A stretch of DNA of 64,000 bases from Blasia pusilla (Eukaryota). The notes beneath the pieces were generated by a model that did not search any database, was not told where the DNA came from, and saw nothing but the letters and a program-made list of their open reading frames with translations. Location of the stretch: NCBI GenBank assembly GCA_050084515.1, contig CM114271.1, positions 29,760,001-29,824,000 of the forward strand. Direction: 5' to 3'. Numbering within the stretch: the stretch's first letter is position 1; each line of letters starts with the position of its first letter. Shown piece after piece: positions 52,840 to 64,000 of the stretch. The position numbers were made by a program, and so were the translations under genes.

Positions 52840-54070
52840 ATAACATCCCATTGGAACTATAGTTACGAATGCTCTTGAATTACCTCTTGAGATCCCATTT
52901 TTTCGGAAACTATTGTAGAATCGAAACCAAAGTTCTAATTATGTCCCTTATGGCCCAAGGGTGTGAACGTTATTTGCAACCATACTAAGTTGCAAATAAT
53001 CTTAAGATCAAATTGTGATAGTAGAAGGAGTTTTGTACTTAGAATATAACCTTCCATTCGAACTGTAGTTATGCATGCCCTTGAATTGGCTCTTGAGATA
53101 CCATTTTGATAATACGAGTAGTTCCGCAACTCAACCACCTCCTTCCGTGGATAACTATATGTAGGGCTACCACCAATAGGACCTTTCAAATACTTGGAGG
53201 ATAGGAGATAGGTCCAAGCTCATTTGAAATTAGTGTTCCAAATTATTTTCAACAAGATCCTAAGATCCGATTCCAGGGCTATCGGAGTTGTTCCGTAGTT
53301 GGAGCAGGTCTTTCCGTAAGGATTGGCAGTGGGTCAAAGTTCATTTGGAAATAGAGTTCCGAATTCTTTTCAACTTGTTCCTACTTCTTGCAACCTTATT
53401 GAAGACAAAGATCCACCAAACAAGAAGCCTCCCAACAGACGGACCGTACTTATTCCCTACAAGGACGATAGACGATGGGTTACAGTTCATTTGGAACTAG
53501 AGTTTTGAATGGTTGTTCAATTGGATTCGATTGTGAGGGATGCAACTACTCCGTCGCCTAAATAGCTCCTTCTGTGGGCGAGTGTAGGGCTACCACCAAG
53601 AGGACCTTCCAAAATTTTGAAAGATAGACGGTGGGTTGGAAGCTCATTTGGAACTAGAGTTTCGAATGCTTTTCAACTGGCTCCCAAAATCTGACTCGAG
53701 CGATAAAAGTTGTGCCGTAGCCGAAACAAGTCCTTCCACAGGAAATTGTAGGGCTCCTACCAAGAAGACCTTCCAAATACAAGAAGGGTAGGCGGAGGGT
53801 CAGAGTTCATTTGGAACTAGAGTTTTAAATGTTGTTCAATTGGCTCTTACGGTCCAGTTTTGGCGGATATATGGAGGGGATCAGTAGTCAAAACAAGTCC
53901 TTCTGCAAACATATTCTAGTTGATACTCAACTAGTTTGTTTTTGGTTGTGTTTCTTAGGAGAAGGGAAAGAGAAAGATTTAGTACTTAAGTTTTGATTGA
54001 TTACTTGTTCGTACTTCTTGCAACCATATTGAAGACAGAGACCCACCAAACAAGTGTCCTCCCAAGAGAC
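52840..54070 (+). repeat. Highly diverged tandem repeats, partly related to the 57.8-59.2 kb array
   Basis: Recurrent CATTTGGAACTAGAGTTT(T/C)GAAT and GTAGGGCTACCACCAA motifs. Confidence 0.65.
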
Positions 54071-54348
54071 CAATTGTACTTATTTCCAAGTGAAAAGTTT
54101 GTAATTCCATTCTCTATTCCCGCCGCCCAACGGACAAACCTCTGGAGAGGTGTTCCTTTCTCTAATCCATCCACGGAGGCGTTTGAGATATCTCCATGCA
54201 TTCAACCTTCTACTGCTACCATTGTATAATAATTGGGCCATAGAATAATTTAGTTTCTATAAGGTTTGCTATCTTGGAGTCATGAGGACTTCACCCACAT
54301 CATCACTTCATTTATGAGAACTAACCATGCATACAATATTCCTCCTTA

Positions 54349-57300
54349 GGAAGATCAATGCCAAAGCCTTGACACCACGATTGGAGGAAAAGGACTTTAG
54401 ATATAATTAGAGCTTAAGTTCAATTTTCGCACACTACATAGGGAGAAGAGGAGAGAGAGGGACTGCTTGGGATGGAAAAGCAGACTCCACCGTCATCAGA
54501 ATCTTCCTCTCAGGTGAGCAATTCAATTAATCTTTCATATTATGTTTTCAGTTTCCCAACCTCCTCTTGCATTGATGTAGAACTTAAGTTCTCATTATGT
54601 AAAAATTTTTGCCACTACACAGGGAGAAGAGGAGAGCGAGGGACTGCTTGAGAGGGAAAAGCAGACTCCACATGGAGAAAAGGGGATTGAGGCACTCGAA
54701 GGTATGGAAAAGCTCACTGCAACGTTACCGGCTTCTCCGAATCAAGTGAGCAACTAAACTAGTCATTAACTCATCTAAAGTTCTCATTGTATTCAGCGTC
54801 TCCACACTTTGAATTTAGAGAAGAAAACTTGATATTCTGGTTTCATGCAGGAGTCACTCGATGAAATGCGTTGTAGGTCGACGTCTGAGTGTTCAATGAT
54901 TGGTGATTGACAACTTAGAAAATTAGTAAATACTATCCTCGGGAATGACTTAGCCACTGCATTCAAAATATCGGATTCTGACGACTATAAATGCAATTTA
55001 ACAATCAAATATGTAAATGCATAGAAAAACGAGACGTCTCAAGTTCAACCTCGAGCTCCAGTATCTACAAAGCCAATGGCTTCGGCGAGAAGTACATCGC
55101 CGAAGAGCTGCTAGGCCACAAAATGAAGGGAGAACGAACACTGACATCTTCGGGACACAGAGAGTCATCGTGTCGAAGGATTCTCTGGGAAATGTGGACA
55201 GAGAAAAAAACAAAAAATGGATCCCATATAGAACAGTATCAACGACACTTGGAGATTCCAGCGGTTTGGGCGCTTCTCCAAAAATTTTAGCCGTGAAACC
55301 TTAAAAGAAAAAAAATCATATGGAACATCTCCAGATAGTACTAGCCCGAGGACCAACATCAACCAGGGGATCTCATTCTTGGTAAGACTCAATCGACATG
55401 ATCTTTACTATTAGGGTTTTCACATAGACTTTGATCATGCCGAAAGAGAGTTGAGATTACTAGCAACTTGAAAAGTATTAGCATCAGACCAAGGTGTGGA
55501 GAATTTCTCCATGCAGCCATGATTACTTTGCTTTGGGCTTGTGGATATATAAGAATGAAGATAGTCTAGCCAGAATGGAGGTTGCAATTTCGGATCACTT
55601 ACAAGAGAGGAATCTTCCTCCGGTTGGGTTCACTTTGGTTCGTGTAGATGATAGTGCGCGTGGAGGTCGAGCGGCTCTATTCAAACTACTGAACTATTTT
55701 GACGAGGCAACAAGACGTTGGTTGGATTTAGACAACCAAAAATTATTATTTTTTTGACGTGGTTGGAAATGAGAACCACCATGATAGTGTACAACATTTT
55801 GTGAAGGTGCCGAAATGGAAGGCATCATTGTCCAAAGATAGTTTTCTCATGACAGTGTTGACATACTTTGTTGAACTGCTGATGCTCAGCATATCCAATG
55901 ACCACTTCCAAACTCTGTGGCAGTTCATCTGAAAATGCGATTTTGTCGTGCGCCTACTCTCCTTGAACGTTAATCTTGTTTGTTATGGAAGAGTGTGTTC
56001 AGTAGGTCACGCTCTCAACGCTGATCTGCATCCAAACACACACTCTGGTTAGTCGGGTCTTGGATCAATCTGCGGTCTAACTTTCTGAGTTCTCTTCTCG
56101 GACTCTCATTAAGCTCAACCTTCCTAGTTTCGCGGTTTACAACACGGGCAAGTCTAGCAAGACTTGGGACTGACTTTCTGGTCCGTTCAGGAACGTGAAA
56201 TGGCATTTCGCGCCTGGCGGTTCCAACTGTCCGATGGACATCCAATGATTTCCTCACCAAGACTCGCACGAAGTGAATCTCGGGTTGGAATCCAAGTGTG
56301 GCGTACAAAGTCCACTCCCTTGGATCAGGTTTGGGTTTCGAGTTCCAACGCCAAACTCCCGTTCCATTCCGTGCCTCTGAAATGCCGTTTGGCGCCCGTA
56401 GTGGGGATTCGTGTTCCGAGACATCTCGGAGAGACTCCTCCTTTACTAGTACTTCTAGGGATCTCCGGGGGCCCCCTACATTTAGGGAAAGACACCCTGG
56501 CCTCTCCAATTGGCCCTCAACCCGATTGCTCTCTCAATCGTTTTCGGCCAATATCTCAACTTGTCCTTATGAGTTTGCTGACATATCTGTGCGTTGGAAG
56601 CATCTCAAGATAAGCTTTCCAACGTGCCCTTACTTGTCCCGAATGCATCTTGGAGCTCAACGTTATGGTCCTAAACACAGTCAGATTCTCCCAAACGCTA
56701 GTCGTGTTCCAAACTGGTTCTCACCTCTTTGGCAACCAACCTCCCAAGACTCAACTCATTTCAAGTCTTGGCTTGCGTTTGGTCTAGGTTTCCTTGTCAC
56801 GACCACTAACGTATGAAACGCACAGCTTTGTTCCATGTTTTGTCTCTTGGACTTTTCCAAGAGACCTTTCCAAACGCCTCTCCAAAGCGCAAACGTCGCA
56901 GCGTGAGTCCACTTGAGTTTTGATGTTCCGCTTGGCGCCTATTTGGTGTTGTTTAGTTATGAGGGCCGCGACACTCACCCCTCCTTAGAAGGTTGATGTC
57001 CTCATCAATGCAAACCTTGTTAATGTTAAGTTCTGGGAAGCCGACCCCTTAACACTGAATCGCGTTCTGGTAGCTAATCCGCAATTCCTCTTTTGGCTTA
57101 AGTCTTAGGTTGTCGCTTGCACCATTTAGAATTATTAGCTTCTTCTCTTCGATGAGCCCAGACTAGTTCTGCAGAACTAATCTAAACTATCAAAATAAGC
57201 TAACTAAGTCTGCAACCTAACACTTTACTCACTATTTGTAAACAATCGCATGTCTACCTGGCTAAAGCAGGATCTCCAAATTGATTTCATGAGGATTGTT

Positions 57301-57560
57301 CTGACTCCAAGGGAGGGAAGGTTTAGTTGGAGTAACTTCACCAATGGACTCAATACGTACATCCGTGAGGTTTAGGAGGAGATTATCGACCTTGCCACAA
57401 ATGAGACACTCTTGCGATTGAGCAGGAAGAGACCTCACCGAGGGTAATAGGTAGCTGAAATGATATTGTATTTTGATACCATTGGGTACATTTGTAAATA
57501 GAATGTGAAATATAGCACATTGAATTGGATGGATTAAGGAAGTATGTTGCCCATTTTTGA
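54349..57560 (+). pseudogene. Unidentified, decayed intron-containing gene interrupted by an LTR
   Basis: Short AG..GT-bounded exon-like blocks (54441-54512 and from ~54622, duplicated). Stop-ridden coding-like sequence at 54851-55943 and 57270-57540. Confidence 0.35.
55944..56973 (-). mobile_element. 3' LTR of a truncated LTR retrotransposon, with adjacent polypurine tract
   Basis: Intact termini TGTCGCGG...GGCGCACGACA on the minus strand, directly preceded by AAGGAGGGGTGAG (56974-56986). No TSD pair. Confidence 0.9.
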
Positions 57561-57844
57561 GCTGGTCGATGTCACAGATATAGCAGCGGATGAGACTCTC
57601 CTTCAATTGGAAATAGGAAGCTAAGATTGCGAGAAGTATAAACTATTGCGGAAAGTGAAAGCCAAACATTGTGAAGCCATGTGATTGTCGGGGATTTTTT
57701 TTAATCATCCCGAATTGGAACTTGAGTTCCAAATCATATATATTCAATGAGCATATTTACTGTCATCTAATGATCATGAGATGGACTTGTTATGTGACAT
57801 GTGTGTACAATTTCTTCTAGTAGAGCTTGCATCCTCAACTTTGC

Positions 57845-59210
57845 CATCCTATGGATTGATTGAAACTATAATTCCCATCAGCATGATCCTAAGATCCCTA
57901 CGTCGGAAACAAATATAGAAGCGGAACTTTGGTTCTGAATGTGTCCCAGACTGCCGCGCCCGTTGAACGTCATTTGGAGCCATACTTGGACTAAGTCCAA
58001 TTGGATCCTAAGATCCAATTCCGGCCGCAGAGGGCGTCTCTAAAAGGCAATTCCCCATCCTCCATTGGAACTGTAGTTTTGAATGGCCTGCTCCTAACAT
58101 TCCTACGTTTGAGAAAAATATAGAATCAGAACCTAAGTTCTGATTGTGTCCCAAACTGCCGTGCTCGCCGAACGTCATTTGGAGCCATGCTTGGACTAAG
58201 TCCAATTGGATCCTAAGATCCAATTTTGGCCGTAGAAGGCCTCCAATAAAGGGAAATCCCCATTGTCGATTGGAAGTGTAGTTCCGAATGGCCTGGTCAT
58301 TACATCCCAATAGGTCGGCAAAAAGTGTAGAATCAAAACCTTAGTTCTGATCGATTATGTCCCAAATTTTTGCGCTCGCTAAAAGTAATTTGGAGCCATA
58401 CTTGGACTAAGTCCAATTGGATCCTAAGATCCAATTCTGGCCGCAGAAGGCGTCTCTAAAAGGGAATTCCCCATCCTCCATTGGAACTATAGTTTTGAGT
58501 GGCCTGCTCCTAACATTCCTACGTTTGAGAAAAATATAGAATTAGAACCTAAGTTCTGATTGTGTCCCAAACTGCCGTGCTCGCCGAACGTCATTTGGAG
58601 CCATGCTTGGACTAAGTCTAATTGGATCCTAAGATCCAATTCTGGCCGTAAAAGGCGTCCGATAAAGGGAAATCCCCATCATCGATTGGAAGTGTAGTTT
58701 CGAATGGCCTGGTCCTTATATCCCAATAGGTCGACAAAAAGCATAGAATCAGAACCTTAGTTCTGATTGATTGTGTCCCAAATTTCTGCGCTCGCTAAAA
58801 GTAATTTGGAGCCATACTTGGACTAAGTCCAATTGGATCCTAAGATCCAATTCTGGCCGCAGAAGGCATCCGGTAACGGGAAATCCCCATCGTCGATTGG
58901 ATTGTAGTTCCAAATGGCATGCTCCTTACATCCCAATAGGTTGGCAACAAGTGTAGAATCGGAACCTTAGTTTTGATTGTGTCCCAAACTGCTGCGCTTG
59001 CTGAACGTCATTTGAAATTGGATCCAAAGATCCAATTCCGGTGGCAAAAGGCGTCCGGTAAAGGGAAATCCCCATCGTCGATTGGAGGTGTAGTTTGGAA
59101 TGGCCTGCTTCTTACATCCCAATAGGTCGGCATCAAGTGTAGAATCGGAAACTTAGTTCTGATTGTGTCCCAAATTTCCGCGTCCATTGAAAGTTATTTT
59201 GAGCCATACT
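57845..59210 (+). repeat. Tandem array of ~205/211-bp monomers (6-7 copies) with a 416-bp higher-order unit
   Basis: TTGGAGCCAT(A/G)CTTGGACTAAGTC starts at 57974, 58179, 58390, 58595 and 58806. Confidence 0.92.
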
Positions 59211-59989
59211 TCCGAATGCATGGTTGCACAAAAACATAGAAGTCCTTCCTTAAGACGATCATGGAGAGACCAGTGTGGAAATATCCACGGACATGGGTTC
59301 CAAGAGGTGGGACCCATTCTAATAGAACTATAGTTTCAAATGCCGTAGAAATGTCAGTAGGATGTATTCCAAAGCCCGAACAACTCCTTCGACGGATAAT
59401 ATTAGGTCTACTGGCAACAGGACTTGACGGATTCTTGGCGGATGGGGGGAATGGGGTTGGAGCGGAGGGTCCATGAGGCCAAGATTATTTGTTTCTTTAC
59501 TTGAGAATGCTTTGGAATTGGGTCTTAAGCTCCGATTTGGCTGACCAACGCACAAACCTTGGTAGAGTCTGCATTCAATCGTCCGCCACCTCCTTTACTC
59601 TGAAGTCATAAAATAATTTAGTTTATGTTGCAAATATTTCTCTGACGGGTCTACGATGACTTTAAACACATCACACGTTAGCCTTTGCTCTCCCGAGATG
59701 TCCAAAGAAACGAGAAAAATAAACATTGTCAACATCATTTGAACATTTTAACTTCAAGATCCTACTATATAGGTTGTCGGCAACTAAAAGAGACTTGATT
59801 GGTTGCAAAAGAACTTGATGTTTTAGTCAAATTTAAATGGACCTAAGTCCTTATTTTACTTGGAAGCATAACTTCAAGAAAGTCGAAAACCCAGAAATGT
59901 TTTAATTCACCAAGAATGCCAAAATTGGTGTTTGGGGTGGATGCGTATCATATTCTCTTGATCTAGTCTGCGAAGAGTGGGATAAATGG

Positions 59990-61436
59990 CCTTTGGTGGA
60001 CAGGATTTTTGCACAAGCTCGTGAGATGGTAGTATTTGTGAAGACTAGAACTTGGGTGATGGCCAAATTCATGGAAACAAATCCATTGAAAAGACAATTG
60101 TTGCTTCCTGCAAACACACGTTTGCCACAAATTTTATCATGTTGGGACGCGTCTTAGAATTGAGGGAGGCATTCCATGCCATAATTTCCACCAATGCTTT
60201 TAGGAAATATTTAAATGGCAAATATGCGAGGCAAAGGGAGAAGGCACGAGAGATTGAGACTACTGTGGCCAATTAGGATTTTTGGATCGAAGGTGAGGAG
60301 TTGTTTGCTATGGCTCAACCAACCATTATTCTGTTGAGAGAGTGATGGTCATAAAGCAATGACGGGGCATATTTATTGCGGTATTTTTGAAATAATGGAA
60401 GAGATCCGTTCTTTTCTTGTAACTCCATGGCCCGGTGTGGATAGAAGGTGTCTCGATTATTTTGTCATAATGTCTAGAGCTACGAAAATGGTCGATGTTA
60501 TTTCTAGGCGATGGGCACTTATCCACAATAAGTTACATGCAATAGGCTACATTCTCGCCCCTTACAATCTTCTTGGTAGTGTTCAAGACGTCACTTCAAA
60601 TGTTGAGTGCATGAGAGATTTTAAATAATATCCGAAACTTTATGCCATTTATTTAAAATCTGAAACTTTAGGGGGTGTATGGCCTCAATGTCACCGAGAC
60701 TAATTCTTATGTGGCTACTTGCTTGCGAGAGTTGGGCAACATTGTGAACCATCAGGAACTATTTGTGGATGAGTTTGGTAGGAAAGTTGTTGATTCACTT
60801 GGCCCCTCTGATTGGTGGAGCATGTGCGGTCAAGGTGCATCAACATTGCGCTCTGTGGCGAAGTCCATATTAGCACAAGTGGTTTCATCTTCTTCAGCGG
60901 AGAGAAATTGGAGTACTTATGGTTTCATCCACAACAAGCATAGGAATAAATTGACCAACGAGCGTGTCAAGGATTTGGTGTACATCTACACAAACTCACG
61001 ATTTGGAAACAAGGGTGTTTCTCGCAAATCAAGACAAACGCTCTTGTACGAGCAATACTTTTTTGAAAGGGATGGACAAGAAGAAGCTAGAAGGGTAGTA
61101 GAAGATGGCAGTGAATCTAGCTTGCATGCAAGAAACCGTGATGGTAATCATGAAGATAACCTCGACTTGCAAGATGAGGAACTAAAAGAGGTGGATGTGA
61201 TATGTGGAATTCATGGCATCGAAGGGAGGGAGGATACTCATATCGGCAACACAGAAAAATTTGACTCCGAGGGGTTTGGAAGAGACGAAGATGATGCTGA
61301 AATGGAACATTGGATTCAAGAGCACGAGGAAGAGCAACAACGGAGGACTTCAAGAGAAGCGAATCTCCCCGGCACTTCTCCTAACACAACCTACGACCCT
61401 ATGATTCTTGCACTAGTAGGAGTTCAATCCTACTAG
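59990..61436 (+). pseudogene. hAT transposase pseudogene (DUF659-type, C-terminal dimerisation domain), N-terminally truncated
   Basis: TRFATNFIML, DFW, RRWALIHNKLHAIGYIL, and WWSMCG...LRSVAKSILAQVVSSSSAERNWSTYGFIHNKHRNKL...DLVYIYTN, followed by an acidic tail. Confidence 0.9.
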
Positions 61437-63664
61437 TGCAAATCGCTACTTGAACCAGGAGCGAAGGGGGTGAATATCTTGAGTCATCGAGCAAGAGTTG
61501 CTCTCCCGCAACACTTCTTGTATGTATGATATTCTAGGCATGTTGCCAAAGAAGATCCACCTGATTGAACCTCTTTAAGGCACAAGCAGATACAAAGTAC
61601 GAGAGTTAAAAAGGGGCAGATGGGCAAAGCCGCTTTGTACTCTACAAGTTTACAACCACGTGTGCCCACAAAACACCTTCCACGAATGAGCCCTCTTCCT
61701 TCAATGACCCCTAACAGAAATTTCATAAGATGCATATGATCTGATTCCAAGAATCTGAACTGACCGTAAGCTTCACATTCTGAAGAGTAACTAACCTTAG
61801 GCTTCAAATCATCGAGAGTTTTGTATCAGCTTCTGAGATACTTCTAAACTAAGGAGAACTAGAACTATTGTAACCATGATTCTTTAGTGAATAATATCGT
61901 TGTGTTTGCTGCAAAGCAAATTCGAGGTAAGAGGCCTTAGGAAGGTCTCAAGACTAGGAAGATTTCTCGGAGGAACAATGTGCATTTGGTTCATGGAGAA
62001 CTTCAAAATTAAACACCAAAGATGAATCTGTGCGAATCAATTTGACGCTTAATGAATAGGCATGAAATCGCACGGCTGCATTGTTTTGGTGTGCCTGGCT
62101 ACTAGGTCATGATAGCGCTTGTGTCCTCAACGAATCACTACCATACTCACCTCGGCATGAGGCACTACAATCGCCCGCTTACTGCACAGCCAATGAAGGT
62201 GAAAGGTTTGAAAGTATCACGTACAACGACAGTCACGGTAGATCTCAGTCCACAACTCCTTCACAAGTTCTTACGAAGTTGTATCCTTTCGTCAAGCGGA
62301 ATGAATCGACTGGCTGAGCTTGTATCAGTGATTACATTATGCGTTGGGAGCCAAAGCTTTCAACATCAAGCTACCATGCTTGCCTGGTAGCTTGAGAGTC
62401 GATCTCTAGAGGTTTTCTAGCAACAAAACCAGTGTGCGGCCCTTTGAGAGGGGATAGAAAATAATTCATAATTAAATACGTGTTCAATGACAAGCAGAAT
62501 TCTGGAAGAGCGCGTATGCTCGAAGCAATTATGTCGAGCAAGATTGTGTGGAACCCCGCAACTTCATGTATTTGTGTGAAGCATGGAAGAAGGACCGAGC
62601 TCTTCAATCGCTCGAATTGGAGAGCACAGTTCGCTGAGGTAGGAAAAGCTTCGAAATGCCAACCGACGCTGACTTCCAGCTCTGCACGAGCTGCAAACTG
62701 GGGAAGATCGGTTCTTTTGAGGGAGAATTAATATTCATAATCTCCTCTTATTTGTGTCTGTTTGGACGTTGACGGAATGTCGGTCATCAAATTCTTGCTC
62801 CTCATGGATCGAGTAGGCAGCTAGACCTCCCTTCTCCGTTTTTCCTCTATCAATGAGCTGTCTCTGCTTCACCTTTTGGATCGCCACACTCAAATGGGCC
62901 GTGTGGAGTGAAGCAGATTTTCACTCATCCTGATCTCTCTTTCATCCGCCTTCAACTAATTCTTCCTGTCTCAAATTTTCAGCTGTTCCTCCCCATATGC
63001 ATTGAGTTTCTAGCAATCCAGCAGATCCGTAATTCCCTCGCTCTTCTGAATTCACATCTTTGTGGTGCTCACCATGCTTCCGATCGCCCACATAACGCAC
63101 TTTATCGTCTTTGTTGTCTCCCACCCACAGCCGAGAATTTGGCTTTCGTTCCGAGCTTAATTGTGACGGACGTAGACCAGAGTGTTCATTCACATGCCAC
63201 GGCTGATGAACTCGACAGTGCTGCTCGTGTGAATCACACCTACAGGTAGAAATGCTATCTCGGTTGTGGTCGTTGGAAAGTGCGTCGTCTACGTTGTGAC
63301 ACCCTGTTTAACCTGCAGGACGGAAAAAGCTGATCCGCACAGCCATTAACGCTGTGGATGAGGACCTTCATACAAGTGAGACGACTGACGCTTTGGAAAA
63401 AATGCGATAGCAAGTGGAATTAGCGGGCGGAGATGGCCAGGTAATTCTGAAATATATGGCCAGTATGCTGATCGATCACACAAGAAGCAACGAAATACTT
63501 TACGATTTTGTTGGTTTAGGGTGTAGAGCACATGCCAGAGTCGATCCATCGATTGTTAATTTCAAAGTGTACTGAAACGGAATCGATGAATCTGCACAGT
63601 TAGAAAGGGGTTGGTGGGTGTGCTTTCCCTTGGTGATGAAACCGATGTTGAATTGAGCGATGAA

Positions 63665-63912
63665 GGCTGATGATGACATCCAACTCTGCAATTCTTGCGA
63701 GCAAGTTCTATGGACATGGTGAAAGCTGCGACTGCATTCGTGGATCATCAGAAATGGCGATCCGAATTAGTGCCGAATGGTCGTTTCACCGAAGCTGATT
63801 TGCCCGCGGACCTTCACACAAAGAAATCATATTGGATAAGCAAAGTCAAACAGGGTCGTCCTGCACTCGTCACTCTTCGTGTACAACAAGAATGATTTTG
63901 ACGAATTTAAGC
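63665..63912 (+). pseudogene. CRAL-TRIO/Sec14-like exon fragment, apparently frameshifted
   Basis: PTLQFLRASSMDMVKAATAFVDHQKWRSELVPNGRFTEADL...KQGRPALV, then KNDFDEFK in another frame, followed by a GT. Confidence 0.55.
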
Positions 63913-64000
63913 GTACACATCCAAACCTCACAATGCTCTTCAATGCCGAATCTCTCTTAGTGATGGTTATAGCATCCGGATGCTCCAACTTTTTATCCAA

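Noticed and set aside
56015-56816. Recurring 90-170 aa ORFs (YATLGFQPEIHF..., MWRTKSTPLDQ...) at 43.3-44.0, 47.4-48.3 and 56.0-56.8 kb
   Set aside because: They lie inside near-identical LTRs, occur on both strands and have different stops among copies. Recurrence reflects DNA identity, not evidence of coding.
57845-59210. Palindromic repeats that could look like a CRISPR array
   Set aside because: The intervening sequences are homologous to each other rather than unique spacers, the period is ~208 bp, no cas genes are present, and the context is eukaryotic.

Overview
AT-rich, transposon-dense plant nuclear DNA, probably from a non-seed land plant (inferred from the TE types, not proven). 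Two intact-looking host genes point toward each other: a 12-exon FOUR LIPS/MYB88-like R2R3-MYB gene (+, 16324-24673) and an 8-exon HOP/STI1 co-chaperone gene (-, 29431-32914). The MYB gene has an unusual ~1.35-kb exon encoding a degenerate ~25-aa Trp repeat. The HOP gene has a GC-AG intron and an upstream heat-shock element. Around them lie nested, decayed TEs: two CACTA elements, a Ty3/gypsy element whose integrase ends in a PHD finger, two hAT pseudogenes, a 5'-truncated non-LTR retrotransposon with a restriction-like endonuclease (CRE-like), a 175-bp Helitron, and three ~1.03-kb LTRs of one family (two solo LTRs with 5-bp TSDs) plus older relatives. There is also a 205/211-bp higher-order tandem array, an unidentified pseudogene and a CRAL-TRIO fragment. 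All calls come from manual reading; no database search was run.
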